From positions 7,564,001 through 7,628,000 of the forward strand of contig JBHGNT010000003.1 of NCBI GenBank assembly GCA_043228905.1: a stretch of 64,000 nucleotides of DNA. The letters run 5' to 3'. The DNA is from Azolla caroliniana. Its lineage: Eukaryota; Plantae; Polypodiophyta. The notes under the pieces were generated by a model that saw nothing but the letters and a program-made list of their open reading frames with translations, was not told where the DNA came from and ran no database searches. A program made the position numbers and the translations under genes. Below are positions 25,493 through 39,130 of the stretch, in pieces. Position 1 is the first letter of the stretch. The number at the start of each line of letters is the position of its first letter.

Positions 25493-25777
25493 CTATATAC
25501 AATTCCAAGTGTTTGTGAATATGTACGTATATACACATTGTTATTCACACGCACGCAAGTATGAACCAAGCCGAACCGTTTCAAACGGTTTCACGGCCCG
25601 GTTCGGCTCGGCTTGAGCCGAGCTGTTATCTACACACACACACACACCCCATCATGCCCAAGCTTGCGAGACACAGCTCCCGTACCCCATTTCTCTGCGT
25701 TTTTCTTCTGTAGGAACGAGAGAGAGAGAGAGAAAGAGAGAGAGAAGCTACGCGAACGAGAAGGGAAGCATATCATC

Positions 25778-26809
25778 ATGTACAGGCCTTACGCGTAAGA
25801 TCCACATCCTTCCCCATTTTCTTTCTTTTTGTTTATTAATCAAACACCTGCATTATCCTTGGTCCTTCTCATGCTAAGCCAAGCAAGGATATGGTTTCTT
25901 TTCGTTTTGGTTATTTCATTTCTGTCCGGCATATTTTCGCATGCTTTTTTCTAAGGGAATGTATTTCTCTCCGTTAGAGAAAGAAAGATATGTTAACGTC
26001 TTTGAAGAGGCCAAAATTACCTATAAGACCATAATAGAGACAGAGAGAGATTTCACATGTTTTTTGTGTATGTTTCTCTTTTATCTTTCTTCCTCTGATA
26101 TATATCACAGATGTCGGCCTTTATTGTGAGAGAAAATTACCATAATATATGCTTCTATGTATAAAGATAATGAAGCCTTTTTATGAAGATTATTTTCTGA
26201 GAAGATGGAAATGCGTTTTTTGCTGATTGCAAGATTTAATTACTAGTTAGAAAATTTAGGTCGCCCTATCGCACAAAGTAGAATCTTAATTTGATAATTA
26301 TGGTTATAATCAGAAAATAAGATATCATAGTTGAGAGAATTAGAAGCGTTATTTTCTAATTTTTCACTTTATCAGTATCTCAATTTATTAGTTAGGGTTT
26401 TGATTTGGAGCAATGTAATCAAACAAATTTGCATGCATTATAAAACAAGGGTACCTGCTCACTAGTTTCTATGAAACTATGGGGTTCAAACTTAAAGTTG
26501 CATGCAACTTCAAGAAATGGTAATTTTCATTATTTTTCATAAAAAATATGGGATTTTGGACTCCAATTTAGACTCTTCACTTTTATTTAATCCAGAAATG
26601 GCGCTTATCCGCCATATCCAACGCAGGTATGGTATCCTCCTGGACAAGGTGGAAATGAAACTAATGCACCAGGAGGCAGCTCGACAAACAATAATTCCAG
26701 ACCATATTCGCGTCCACAATCTACAACATCAAGTGCCTCTGACATTTTTCTTTCACTAAGGAATAAGAGGTGAGTTTTTTCTAAACATTCTGCTTGCAAA
26801 ATGAATTCC

Positions 26810-26862
<53 letters not shown>

Positions 26863-29800
26863 GCCGATGATCTATTAGTCATTGGAAGGGAAAACAGATT
26901 ACAAGGACATCTCCGCCTCCATAGACAGTATAAAATGCATTTAGTTCATATTGGACCATCAATATTGGAGGGAAACATTTGCAATTCCTGTATATGTTTC
27001 AAGTCATAGTGCAAAGTATTACACCCCATGGTATTGGAACTGCTTTAGTAGTGCCCATGTAGAAATGTGGTATCTGAGGCCTACCAAATAGTGCCTTTGT
27101 AGAATTTTGTACTTTCTTTGCAAAAGGTCCTTTGCGTTTTATGAGGCAGGGCCTAGCCCAGGCGAGGATCAAACTTGAGCTCTCTCAATTTTCTGACTTT
27201 AATGCATATCTCTTGTAGAAAGAACTATAATAATCTGTAGTTAAGAGTAGTCTATGAGTCTAAAGAGGTGGCCAAAAACCCCTTTAAAGAGATTTTGCAA
27301 CCATTTTTCAATCTCTTAATATGATGTAAACATAGAAATGCAATGATATTCAGTATCAGGTTCCTTGTGGTAGTCTGGTAGAGCTGGCATTTACTCCTCT
27401 CTTCTGGAAATACTTCTATACAAAGTTTTCCTATCTCTAGCTGATGAGAGGAAGTGTATAGGTTACCAATAACACAACGTTCATGGAACAAGTAGGTATG
27501 GATTCATCCTCTATGCTATTGACCAAAGTTTCGTGATTAAAAGTTGTCTTCGTTCGTAGCTCTTTTGAGGGGCGACCATGTCGATCCATCTGAAATGAAT
27601 GAAATAAAATGATTGATAGAGTTTATTATTGTCTTTGGAGATCAAATCTTACATATGAGACAAAAAATGTAATGTTTTTGCACAATACATTTGAAAGTAA
27701 GTAGCGACTCCCGATGTTCAAGAACATTAATAATGAATGTCGCAATTGAAGGATTGGGTTGGACGAAGATGTGTGGAAAGCATAGTCAAATGTAATGAAA
27801 GGTAGAGCATTGTTTAAAAGTGTGATACTCAAACTCTTGAACTTGTTTAGGGAAAAATGTGCATAGTTGACTAGTCTTATCACTTGTGCCCCAATGTCCC
27901 TTTCACATTGAAGCAAGTTTAAACTAAGTCATACGGAAGCAATGGCTCAAATAGCAAACAACAAGATGGGCGATACAATGGCATTGCCAAAAGGCCTCAT
28001 TCACATAGAAATCTATTGATGCATCATGAAGCAAGTGTATTGCATCCCATCTTCAAAACCATTTTTTAGTATCTTGCATCCAACTGGAACATGAAAATTT
28101 TCTTATGTATTTTAGCTTGCTTCGCATACAATTCTAGGAAATCAATGTGAGTGACCTTTCTGAATATTAAGCTTGTACTCGACTACCCTCTCCATGACCA
28201 TGAATTGAATGGGAAGTGACACCGTCTCAAGAAGTAGGAAGGTGTATAGCATTTGTTTCTTGACTTGGAGAAACTTTGTAAGAAAATGTGCTTTGACATT
28301 TTCAAACTCTTTCCAAGTAGACTCAGGGATGCCATTGCCCTTACTTCCACCCCATAGAGAAGCACCAATGCAATGAGTTTGGGATGCCTAAAAAGGCAGC
28401 TTTTCTTGGATGTGATAGCTAGAGTGCCATATATTTGGTAAAGGATGCAATGTTTCATGCTCGCACAAAGCATATTGATGTGAGATATCACTTCATCAAA
28501 GAGGTGCTAGAGGATGGCCTAATCACTTTGATCAAGGTCAATACTTACAAAATCCTGCAAATACTCTCACAAAGTGTCTACCGAAGGCACAACATCAACA
28601 ATGTATATAGATGGTGGGAGTAACTTAACCTAAAGGAGCCTCCTTGGTCCTTTAAGTGGGAGGTTATTGTGGATAAAGGCCCCAAGGTCTCTCCTGTTTT
28701 AGTATATTTTGACCCTCCCTACGAAAGCTCTCTTCTAGAGCTTCCTAGACATACTTTTACTGTATCTTTGGCCCCAATTTGAGGGGTTATAGCCATTTAC
28801 ATTATTTTTGTCATTGGCTATGTGTGAACATGCCAAAATGGCCTAAAAGTTACTTATCAATAATAATTGGTTCCAAACCTCTCATTATGAGACAGGGACT
28901 TTTAGCGGCTAGGATTTCCTCTCCATTTTTCTGCACAATTTTCTCTACGACCACAGCACCCTTGTCATCGACAGATAAAGGCCATTATCTCCCGCCATTG
29001 CAGGTGCTTCCCTCGCTTTGGAGACCTCTCCATTCTGAATCAACCTATGCTAGAGATCTTTCGAAGACAAAAGTTACAATATGTCTAACTTGAGAATCTC
29101 ACATGTGCTGAAAACCAGATTCCCTCATCTGTTTTTATCTTACTTACTTGTATATTTACTGTGTACTACTTATTCTATTTTGATTTGTTGTTCTCAAAGA
29201 CGAGACAACACTTACGATGTAATCTCTTGTTTGGTCTTATAGGCCATTTTGGCCTCTTAAAAGACGTTAGTGTATCTTTCTTTCTTTCTTTCTACTTTCT
29301 CTCACCTCACACAATAGCCCCATACTAAAATAACTACTTATTCTATTTTGATTTGTTGTTCTCAAAGACGAGACAACACTTAAGATATAATCTCTTGTTT
29401 GGTCTTATAGGCCATTTTGGCCTCTTAAAAGACGTTAGTGTATCTTTCTTTCTTTCTTTCTACTTTCTCTCACCTCACACAATAGCCCCCTACTAAAATA
29501 TTCTAAAATAAGAGAGTGCTTGGGGCCTTTATGCCCAACATGTTTCTTGACTTGGAGAAACTTTGTACAAAAATGCGCTTTCACATTTTCAAACTCTTTC
29601 CAATTGCCCCGCACCAGTGTCACCAAAGCGTCAAAAAGGTATTTCTTGAGGACCAAACACTTAATTTTTCCATGGTTGCATGCATTCTCGAATGCACAAT
29701 ATGCTCCCTTTCTCACCTCAAGGTGGTTGGTAGCACATTTATCCCATATATGATTTGAGAGAACTTCAAGGCCAAGGTATTTAAAGCTTTCCACAACTAT

Positions 29801-32533
29801 TGACACTAAATTTAGTATATATGCAAAACTCTTCCAATGCCCTCACATGCTTTTGTGCATCACCTAAGGTATTTGAAGCAGTTGGTAGCACATTCATTCC
29901 ATATATGATTTGAGAGAACTTCAAGGCCAAGGTATTTAAAGCTTTCCACTACTATTGAGTATATATTTAAAATTCTTCTAATGCCCTCAGAAGCTTTTCT
30001 GCATCTCCTAAGGTATTTGCAAATAGGACCACATCGTTTGCATGCACCAATAGCACATTGAGGCAATTACAAGTTTATGTTCTCTTGGCACTCCGAGTTC
30101 TTCCATGCATCTCCAATGATGTTCATAAGGTACCATATCAAAAGCTTTCTTGAAGCCTACAAAGCAAAAATATAAACCCTTACCTCTCAAGCGACTTCCT
30201 TCTATTAATACTTGAAGCGTGACTTGGTGACTGATGGTGCTATGTGTTTTTTCTATAAGCTCTCTTACCATTTTAGCCCATGCACTTACCTTTAATTCCA
30301 TTATACATCCAAATAGTTTTGCCAGTAGTGAGTTTAACACGATGGTTCAATAATGGTTTACATTATTTATATCTCCACCTTTGTGTAAATGTTTAATCCA
30401 ATTCGTAGTCCAATCATAGGGCATGCCATGTTGCAATGCATGATTAAACATATCACTTGTTCATGCATATGCTTCCTTTCTCATCCATTTGAACGTTTCG
30501 TCCTTTTTACATTGAAGATCGCTTGCTTTTTGAGAGGCCAATTTCTTAAAACATATGCATACATCGTCAATCTTAAAGAAGGGAGCCTTCTCACTCTCCA
30601 ACCTTTTCACACATTTGAGGTCAATACATAAAGTCCTACAATTGGATTTTGGTGTCCATTCACCAAGTGAGAGTTTGTGTATGTGATCCAAAACACCTTC
30701 AAAAAGTAGCTCATAGTCAATCACACTGTTTCCACTACGTTTTCTATATGTAAAATTATTACAGTTGGGCCATAAGGGTACACCATTTGCAATAAGCATT
30801 CCGGTACTATTGTAGATTTGTAGGAGTAACCTCCCAAATTGATTTAGATCTTTTTCATCAACAGCAGAGAGACTATATATTTGAATATCCTCATGCATTC
30901 TTGAGATGTGTGGCATGAAAGATTGTTGTGTATCAAAAGTTGCAAACTTCTTGTATGAGCATTCACATCACCAAAGATAATAACTTGCCCCTTGGCTTGA
31001 AATAACCAATATCATTTTCTAGATTGACAGAGAGTTGGTCTTTAGCCAACAAGCATATAAATTAGAACCTTGATGAGGATTGTAGCATCCAACTAGGGGC
31101 ATATCATTTGGTGTTTATTTTTAAGTCATATGTAACATTTATGTTCATCATTTTTTATGATTGACACATATTTCTTTACTGTTTGCAGCACAGAAGAGCT
31201 GCAAAAATTGCTTTCAGATCAAGATGCTTATTCCTCATTTCTTTATTCCTTGGAATCAGTAAGGCAAATTGAATCAGTAAGATGCCTACCCATTTCTTTA
31301 TTCATCACTTCCAACTATAGATCTTGATGACTGATACTGAATATCAATACTTTGTTAATCAGAGTCACTAGACTGAACCTTATATGTATTTTTTTTTATT
31401 GTACTAGCTGTGGACTGAGCTGTTAAACCAAAATGTTGAACTTGCAAGTAAGATATCTTTGAGCTTTAAGAGTTCCCCGAGGGACAAGTAAGCAATCACT
31501 AATGTTATAATTATCATGCAGAAAAAAACCTGGAAAAAGAATCAGACATATTCCAGCTGAGAAATCAGGTGTGCAAATAATAATTTACTTCTGTGATCAT
31601 GTATGCCAACAACAGTTTATGTAAAACAATCTATCTCTGGAAGTTTGTATCTCAAGAGCGTCTTAAAAAAAGTTTTGGTTATTAGGTATAGCGTGCTATA
31701 ACCAGTCCTGAGAATCTGATATCCAGATTATTTTGTTAGGATATCATTAAGGTATCCTTAAGATCTTGTAAGGATGACAAAATATAGCCCAAATGCTGCA
31801 AGCATTAGCTCCTTAAATAACTCTAAAAGGCATTGACAACCTATTACCATGTTCTGTAAATTCCTTCGAGGTGTGATAGTTTCCATCTCCATAAAGAATT
31901 CATTATTTATCTGTGAGGTTGTTCTGTAGAGATAACCATCATCAGCAAGAAGGTTCAACGCGAGTGTATATCTCAACTTAGTTTTAGGAGAATATGATTT
32001 ACCTTCATGAAGTACACCAGAAATTTTGTTTACATATTTGTTTCCAAATAATACTACTGTGTTTGACTGCTTGGTATTAGCCTTTGATACAGCGATGGAA
32101 TCAATCCATTCTAATTGGGAATCTTATGCAGTGCACTATCATTAGAACCACAGAGCTTGCTGCAGCACAGGAAAGATTCAATGAGGTTCATAAACAGGAA
32201 ACGGATTTGAAAGCAGTTTACTCTCCTGTTGTGCTTTTGGAGAGACTTCATGGTTAGTTATCATTATAAAGCTAGATTGTTTTTCCTTTTCAAATTCTTC
32301 TCATTCTTCTATCATTTTTGAGAGGTTGAAACTAACTTGACTGAATTATATATTTTTCTTTAGATGCTGCATCAAAAGTAGATGAAGAATCAGAAATAAT
32401 CTATCAGCAATTACTTTCAGGGGAAACCAACTTAACTGAATTTTTGCAGAACTATCGAAAAACACGGTTATTGTACCATAAGCGCACTTTGATTCGACTT
32501 GCAGCAAAAACTTCAATGGGTTTTCAAGGCTGA
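25778..32533 (+). CDS. VPS37: ESCRT-I subunit VPS37 (7 exons)
   Basis: Exons 25778-25794, 26596-26769, 31189-31276, 31408-31447, 31522-31568, 32132-32252, 32364-32533, in frame. Motifs WYPP, LRNKSTEELQKLLSD, NLEKE..I.QLRNQCTIIRTTELAAAQE, VDEESE, YHKRTL..LAAK. Confidence 0.9.
27250..31150 (-). mobile_element. Degenerate LINE (RTE-X/L2-like; APE, RT and C-terminal region), antisense in VPS37 intron 2
   Basis: APE: NQFGRLLL..IANG..FTY...GNSVIDY (30461-30916). RT: CFVGFKKAFDMV (30008-30340), FKYLGL, LFDALV, LLYGVEV. C-terminal TSSHQLEI...EER..CQL (27252-27491). Confidence 0.8.
28435..29540 (+). mobile_element. Ty1/Copia RNase H 3' fragment, PPT and 3' LTR (28665-29540), nested in the LINE
   Basis: FHARTKHIDVRYHFIKE motif and PPT AAGTGGGAGG. 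LTR ends match 19/22 as inverted repeats. Internal duplication of about 170 bp at about 29164-29500. Confidence 0.8.
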
Positions 32534-33699
32534 TTTGAGGTTTTTTGAATATGTTTATTTACTTAACAAAGACCGTAACTTTGTGAATATATAGTACCAA
32601 AATTTTAAGCACATTCATTGCTTCTAATCATGAAGAGTCGAGAGGGAGTATAGTTCTTTTCAAGTGGTATGCGTCTAGCTATTTTATTAGTTGATATTTC
32701 CTACAATTTGAAACTGGAATTAACACCATCTATCCATTTGTAACGATCATTTACATGGAAGAGTGGTATATTAGTGTAAGTAAGATCTATGTTTAGACCA
32801 TGGTTGGGGTTGAATAAATGCTTCTCAATTTCCACTAGCCTTCATTAAGTCCTAGGTATGCACCCACTCATTATGGTTTTTAGCATATTTTGCAATGACA
32901 TGGATGTACACTATTGCGGCAAGATGCAATTGTGGGCGTACATTATGTAAGCATTATATATGAGTATTTGTCTCCTGTATAATGTTTTAGTGCCCTTACC
33001 AAATTCAATTTCCACTGAGACCCAAAATTTGTGGTGCTTTTGTTCATCCATTGGCATTTTGTGAACGAGGCAGAAAACAGTTTGATGTTTGCAGAGTGTA
33101 ATTATAATTGCCCAAATTTAAGTAAGATTTACGTTGAAGAAACCCAAAGTCAGGGTGGCCTCTACCATTGAAGACATGGGAACCTGATCTGCAATGACTT
33201 TGTGAATATTGCCAAACACTTGGACGTAATACCACGAGCCAAAATTACAAAGATGTAGGAATTAGCCAAAGTCAGGGGTGACCTCTCTACCATTCAAGAT
33301 ATGGGAAGCTATTCATATGAGTGTAAAACCTCCATTGATAGGTTGTAGGGGTAGAGACTACTTATGGAAATTGGGTACCATCAATTATTACACTTGAGCT
33401 CCAACTTCTAAAAGCTTGTAAGTTGTAATTACATTTTGGAGGTTAGGCATGAGTAAGGTTTATGACATTTGAAAGACCTAGAAAAATAAAGGGGAAAGTA
33501 TTTGTAATGAGAATTTTCTAATGGTTTTGAATATTAGTTGTACGTTTGAGGTCTCTATTTAGGTGTAATGACATTTCAATTTTCTTTGGATATGTATTAT
33601 AAGTATTTATTGATCCAACATGTTAAGTACAATATTAAACAAAAAAATGAACAATTTGGTCGAGTAACTTAAGGTATAATATGTGTACCATACACAAGG

Positions 33700-36600
33700 T
33701 ATTCATACCTAAACATTAAATACGTATAAGTGGAAATCCTTGGGTGAAACACTTGTGTCTTTTGTCAACAATGTAGCAGGATCGAAGGCATAGTTGTTGA
33801 CAATGCTCTCCATCTTGCTTTACATGGGTGACATTTTGCTTGTACTCTTAACTCACTATGGATGACGTCGGACAATAAATTCCTACCAAGACAATCTTGC
33901 CATTACTAGAGTGGAGTGGCCATTGTGTAAAGCACCAAATAACTCCATTGAGATACATGGTAATAAACATATTTTGATAGTGAAAACATAATGAAAAAAA
34001 TCATGGATAAAATATTAGCATCGAAATCAAATGAGTTCCATGTTAGGCCACCCCAGTACACATTGAACCATGGCATACCATTGAAATGTTCTTGGGACTT
34101 GTGTCATTGGCTTCAGAGAAAATAGTCATGTGATAAAATGACTTGTTGATCCATCATATCCTAAGGACTTGTTCAAAAAGAATATATTTATCATGTTCAA
34201 TTGGGGAACAAGCCTATAACATAAACAAATGTGGTGTAAAGATACAACCCAAGAAAGTTCTAACTTTACGTGGTTAGAGTCCTATAACCATGTGGAGAAT
34301 CACAAACCACGACATCATCATCCCATTGGAATGAATGGTTCAATAAAATAGTCTATTTGTAGGTTATGTAGTGCTAGAATGTTGATGATGGATTTGATTG
34401 GGAGTTCATCGCCCTTTTATCACCTCCGCTCCTCCCATTCAATTAATTCTAGTTCTAAAAGTAGCATCATTCTAAGAGAAAAAAGAGGGAATTCCTTTAA
34501 TGCTAGATGCAGCAAAGTAGCAATAGCTATGGCTTGAAATTGACATTATTGTATCTCTCACAAGTTGTGTCATACATAATGATACTTATAAGTGTATCCA
34601 TTTGGTAGGTCATTAGTAGAATATTCTAGGTTTAAGTATAGATGAAGTTGGAACTAGTTTGAGGACGTACCTTCAATCTTATGGTCCAAGAAGTGAGAAT
34701 ATACAAAAACATTTTTAATGAGGGGGTGAATTTTCTCCAAATTAATCATTCTTGCTAGCTGGAATTTTGTTAAATCATTATAGGCTGTTAGTCTAGGAGT
34801 AGGATATGGTAAGATGTTTCAATCATCATGGAAAGAATTTTATGTGCAAGATAAATGGTACATTATTAGTGTGTATTCTTTTGTCTTGTCTCTCTCTTTG
34901 TAGCTTGCTTGCTTGGCTTGGCTTTGTTGACAAAAGGTGTCAAACATGTCATATCAAAGAGAAAGCTATAGAATTTTCTCTAGTATAAAGCTTCTCTTTT
35001 ATGTATTCTTCAAGGCAATGAGAAAGCTATTGTTAATACGTTCTTATTATATATGCATTGTGTTCTTCCAAATCAAAATTTCTTTAAAAAGACTTACAAC
35101 TTCATGTGCTAATGTTCTTTCCCCATGTCTTGTAATAACAATCATATGCATTTTGTGCTCTTTTTGAACCAAAAATTTTGATATGTCCATCGTGTAAGAA
35201 GTAAAAGCTTGTTGCAAGACTCTTGAAAGTTGAAAAAGAACATGTTGAAAGAATAACATGACTGATTGAAAACATGTGTTGATGTGTCATCGTTGTACCT
35301 AGGAGGCGATATCGATGTAGGTCATAATTTATGATGCTCTATATCTAACACTCTTCGCCTCATGTACAATGAGGTTTGATCTTAAGTGAGGTGAGAAGAC
35401 CATTTGTTATGATCAAGCTAGAGAAAAAAAATGGTAGTTGATTTTGAGGATGGATAACAAAATAATTTTCAATATGGAAAACATGTTATAAACATTCACA
35501 TATACAAAATTTGACAAAGGTTACATGTAGCTTGAGGTTCAAGAATCTAGTTTGGAGCCTTTGTGTTTGTTTGATTCCATTGGTAGCATTGCTTTGGGCT
35601 TGGCAAGTTTTGTCCCCATTGTACAAACATGCATACTAGTGTGAACTTGTTCTTTTTTTATCAAGCATGTAGAGCTTTGAATCCTCCAACGGTTATTGGC
35701 ATGGAATTGTTGTCGAACGATTGGTGCTCGTATTCTTGGGACTTGATTACTTCGAGGAGAACATTGTTGTCTTCAAATTCAATGTTACAACTCAATAATA
35801 CTACACTTGTTCTTGTTCTCTTGCAAACAATAAATTATCGTCTTTTATAGCTTTCAGAATAAACCCACTTAAATCCTTCACAAAGTCTTTGAAACCTAAT
35901 TGAAATTGGCTAATGAGCAAGGTTCATCTAAGTCACATATGCATTGTTGGAATAGATACCATGAAACAAAAGTTGGGTGTTAAGTCCTTGTTGTATTCAT
36001 GTCCTTGAGTATAAGGTTCAAAATCACGGAGAAGATTGGAAATATTCTAAACATAAGGATGCAAATCACAAGGGCAACAAGAGAACCATTTAAGCATCAG
36101 AGTGCCTATAAAGCTAAACAATTGTTAGCAAATACGAAGGACAAGAGTGGGAGGATCCTTATATAATAAACAGGTAAAACAATATGTAAGGAGTTGTGTA
36201 GCACATATAAATGTTGGACAAATTATTTGTTGATCTTCCTCAATTTCCTCGTAGAACTCCCTCATGCTCATCATTACTCAAGTCTCCCTCCATGCGCTCA
36301 ATAATATGTCTTCATATTACTTCCATTAATCAAAGTTGTGAGTCTTTTAAATAAGATATTATAAATTTCATCCAAACCCTTAGTAACTTTCCTCCAATTG
36401 AATCTATGGACTCTAGGAAAGGTTAGGTTTCTCGTATGCAAAGCTAAAATCAACCATACAATGTATTGCATTCATATGAACTCATAGGGAAATTACCAAC
36501 ACAAGTGTCATAAATGACTCTAGGAAAAATATGATTGATTCTTTTTAGTACAAAGGACAAGTGATTGGCCTACTTATCTTGCTCAATAGAAGAACCAAGT

Positions 36601-37500
36601 AATCAAACTCTATGAGCATTACTTCTTTCTAAACTAGGTGGCACAATTAGGCAACTAGTGAGAAGGATAGTTATCGAACCTTCGATTTTGTTTTAACCCA
36701 TGAACCTTGATATCTAGGTGGGAACTTCTTCGTGACTACCATATTACCATGAAAGGAAATAGGGCAATATAAATATGGGTTTTATGTTGATTCACATCGA
36801 TCTACAATCGTAGCCTATAGGTGGTAAGGTTATCTTCTAAATGCACGTTGTTGTATAGCCTTGACCTCAAATAAGTTGACAAGCTCACTAATTAAAGAGA
36901 ATATCATTCATTGGTAAGGACCAAATATGACTTTTTAACAAAATTGTTTATCTATCTATTCAAGCCACCTTCAAACTTGCATAAAGCCGAAATGAAATAC
37001 ATTGTAAATTGTAATCTAGAGTTCTAGAGTTCTTCTATTCAATATCGTGGGGACAATTCAGACAACTGCCAAAGTTAAAAAGGAAAGAAAAACAAATTGG
37101 TCGTGGGCACGTTGTGGATGCTTGCGTACATTATAAAAAAAGGCATGCTACTAATGAAATTTCGATAGGCTACCCTCTTCAATATTTTGTCCAATCTTAA
37201 CAAGTCGGACAAAAATTTGGTGTCACACAGTTTTTGCCAACCCGGATGATTTTGCCTCATCACCATGAATTGCCAACGAGGCAGTTGACCTCCAACCTAA
37301 CCTTGGTATCATTTCACCATAGTACACTCATATTGCTTATTGGTGGAATTGAATGAAATTTCATGGTTTATTGATTTCATCAAGCAATTCTCCAGGAGTG
37401 GCGATTGATTGACATGTGGTTCATCTACCAAACCTAATCATGCACATTTGAGATTCCTTCATTTTTGGAACTTTCTTTAGACCTAGCATAAACATGTTTA
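33700..37500 (-). mobile_element. Highly degenerate Gypsy pol remnant
   Basis: Only faint RT/RNase H/integrase-like codon remnants and no long ORFs. Boundaries approximate. Confidence 0.4.
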
Positions 37501-38149
37501 TGACCACATTATGGTCTTTTTTGAAAAACACGTTTCAACACAGCATGGCTAAAAGTAATCCTCCATTATATGCAAATAATGTCAAGCACAAACGATTACA
37601 ACCAAGCAAATTTGTCCATCTAAGATCACAATCCAAGAGGAGTCTCCTAAATTTATTTCAATAATAGACAAAAAAAGGTTGGACATAAGCAATTATTGAT
37701 TATACTTTCCTTTCATTTGTTATTTCTGAGCAGTAACTTCTAAGTTTCCACAAAACCACATTGATGCATGGCTCCACGTTGATGCCGAATATAAACAAGT
37801 TTGGCTTCTTTGCAATGATCCAATCATAGGTTGCAATTGTGTCGCATATGATTTGGGAATTGGGATGCTTTTTCATTCAATAGTTTTCTTGATATTGAAC
37901 ATGGTTACTTTTCATGTATTATTTCCTTTTAAATCAATGTCACCAAATCGCATACTTCCATAAGTGCATTATGAAACACAAGCAACTTGAAGAATGCATA
38001 ATGCCATTGTTCTTGAATTGTAAATATGTTGCTTTTGAAATGCAAAGTGTGTTTTTACTATGATGCATGCGGTTTGATGTTGAGACTACTTTATTTGTGG
38101 TTTTTTGGATAAAGATATATAATATTATAGTATATGCAGCATGACTAGA

Positions 38150-39130
38150 ATATGTATTTCTATGCTTTGGATATGAAGATGTGTTCCGTCACGAGTCATC
38201 CCTATGGGAAAATATATTTATAATGTAAAGGACGTTCATATGTCATACATCCATCTCGACCAGATAACGTAAAGATATATAATGCAAGTAGACCAATATT
38301 TGTGGCTTATCTTGAACATGATATCATGTTTTGTTGCAACAATTATGCATTTAGTAGCTTCGTTATGATTTCATTATGCATCAATGATATCTATCACGGA
38401 GATTTCCCTGATTGCCTTACCATATGTTGGGGAAATGTAGAGATCTTACTATACATCTATCAAGTGCTTTAGGATGCAAAAATGAAGAGTACTACTCAAT
38501 TCCATTTGTTGGATATATATTTTGAATGGGGCATATGTTAGGCCACCATTCATGGTGCATGTTCCTATTCTTTCATAATGACATTAGGAGGGGGGAGATG
38601 TGGCCTTTGTCTTTGGATTGTGTGTGTGTTTGTGGAGCTAGATCTCCAAGGAAAGGGGGACACAAGACCACATTTAATAGCAAACGGATATGTGTGCACA
38701 ATGTAAACTGGTTTCAAAAATGTCGTAGATCTAGATGTTGATGGGATCATAACTTAGATAGGATGAAGAATGGATGGGCGTGCATTGTGTATGTGTGCAC
38801 ACATCCTCACTCACAATCACGAAACCCCAAGTTTGATTCCGTGTAGAAGTTTCAAGTTATGCACGAAAACCAGAGAGAGAGAGAGAGAGAGAAAGGCAGA
38901 GTATGCTCAGGTCTTGTATAGAGAACTACCTTGAGGTTCGCGCCCTAAAGAGAGGAATAGAAGCTTGAGTGTGTGCCATGTGCTTGAATCTTGGTATTGA
39001 TAGTAATAATTGTTTTTTGTGTGTAAGAGCAAGATCTACAAGTTACAACTTACCATTGTCCTTTAAAGAATGTATGTATATGTGATTCAGATCTTGTAAT
39101 GATGTACTACTGACTAATACTAATTGGCTC
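38150..39130 (+). mobile_element. Possible degenerate Gypsy integrase end, PPT and LTR
   Basis: DVFRH-like remnant at about 38178. Purine tract AGGAGGGGGAGA is followed by TGT at 38598. Confidence 0.3.

Noticed and set aside
27150-27200. Minus-strand B-box/T-arm remnant (CAAGTTTGATCCTCGCCTGGGC)
   Set aside because: No A box at the expected distance; too weak to count as a cassette.
38786-38845. Possible fifth tRNA-like cassette (CCCCAAGTTTGATTCC)
   Set aside because: The A box is poor, the surrounding LTR call is weak, and the orientation would be opposite to the others.
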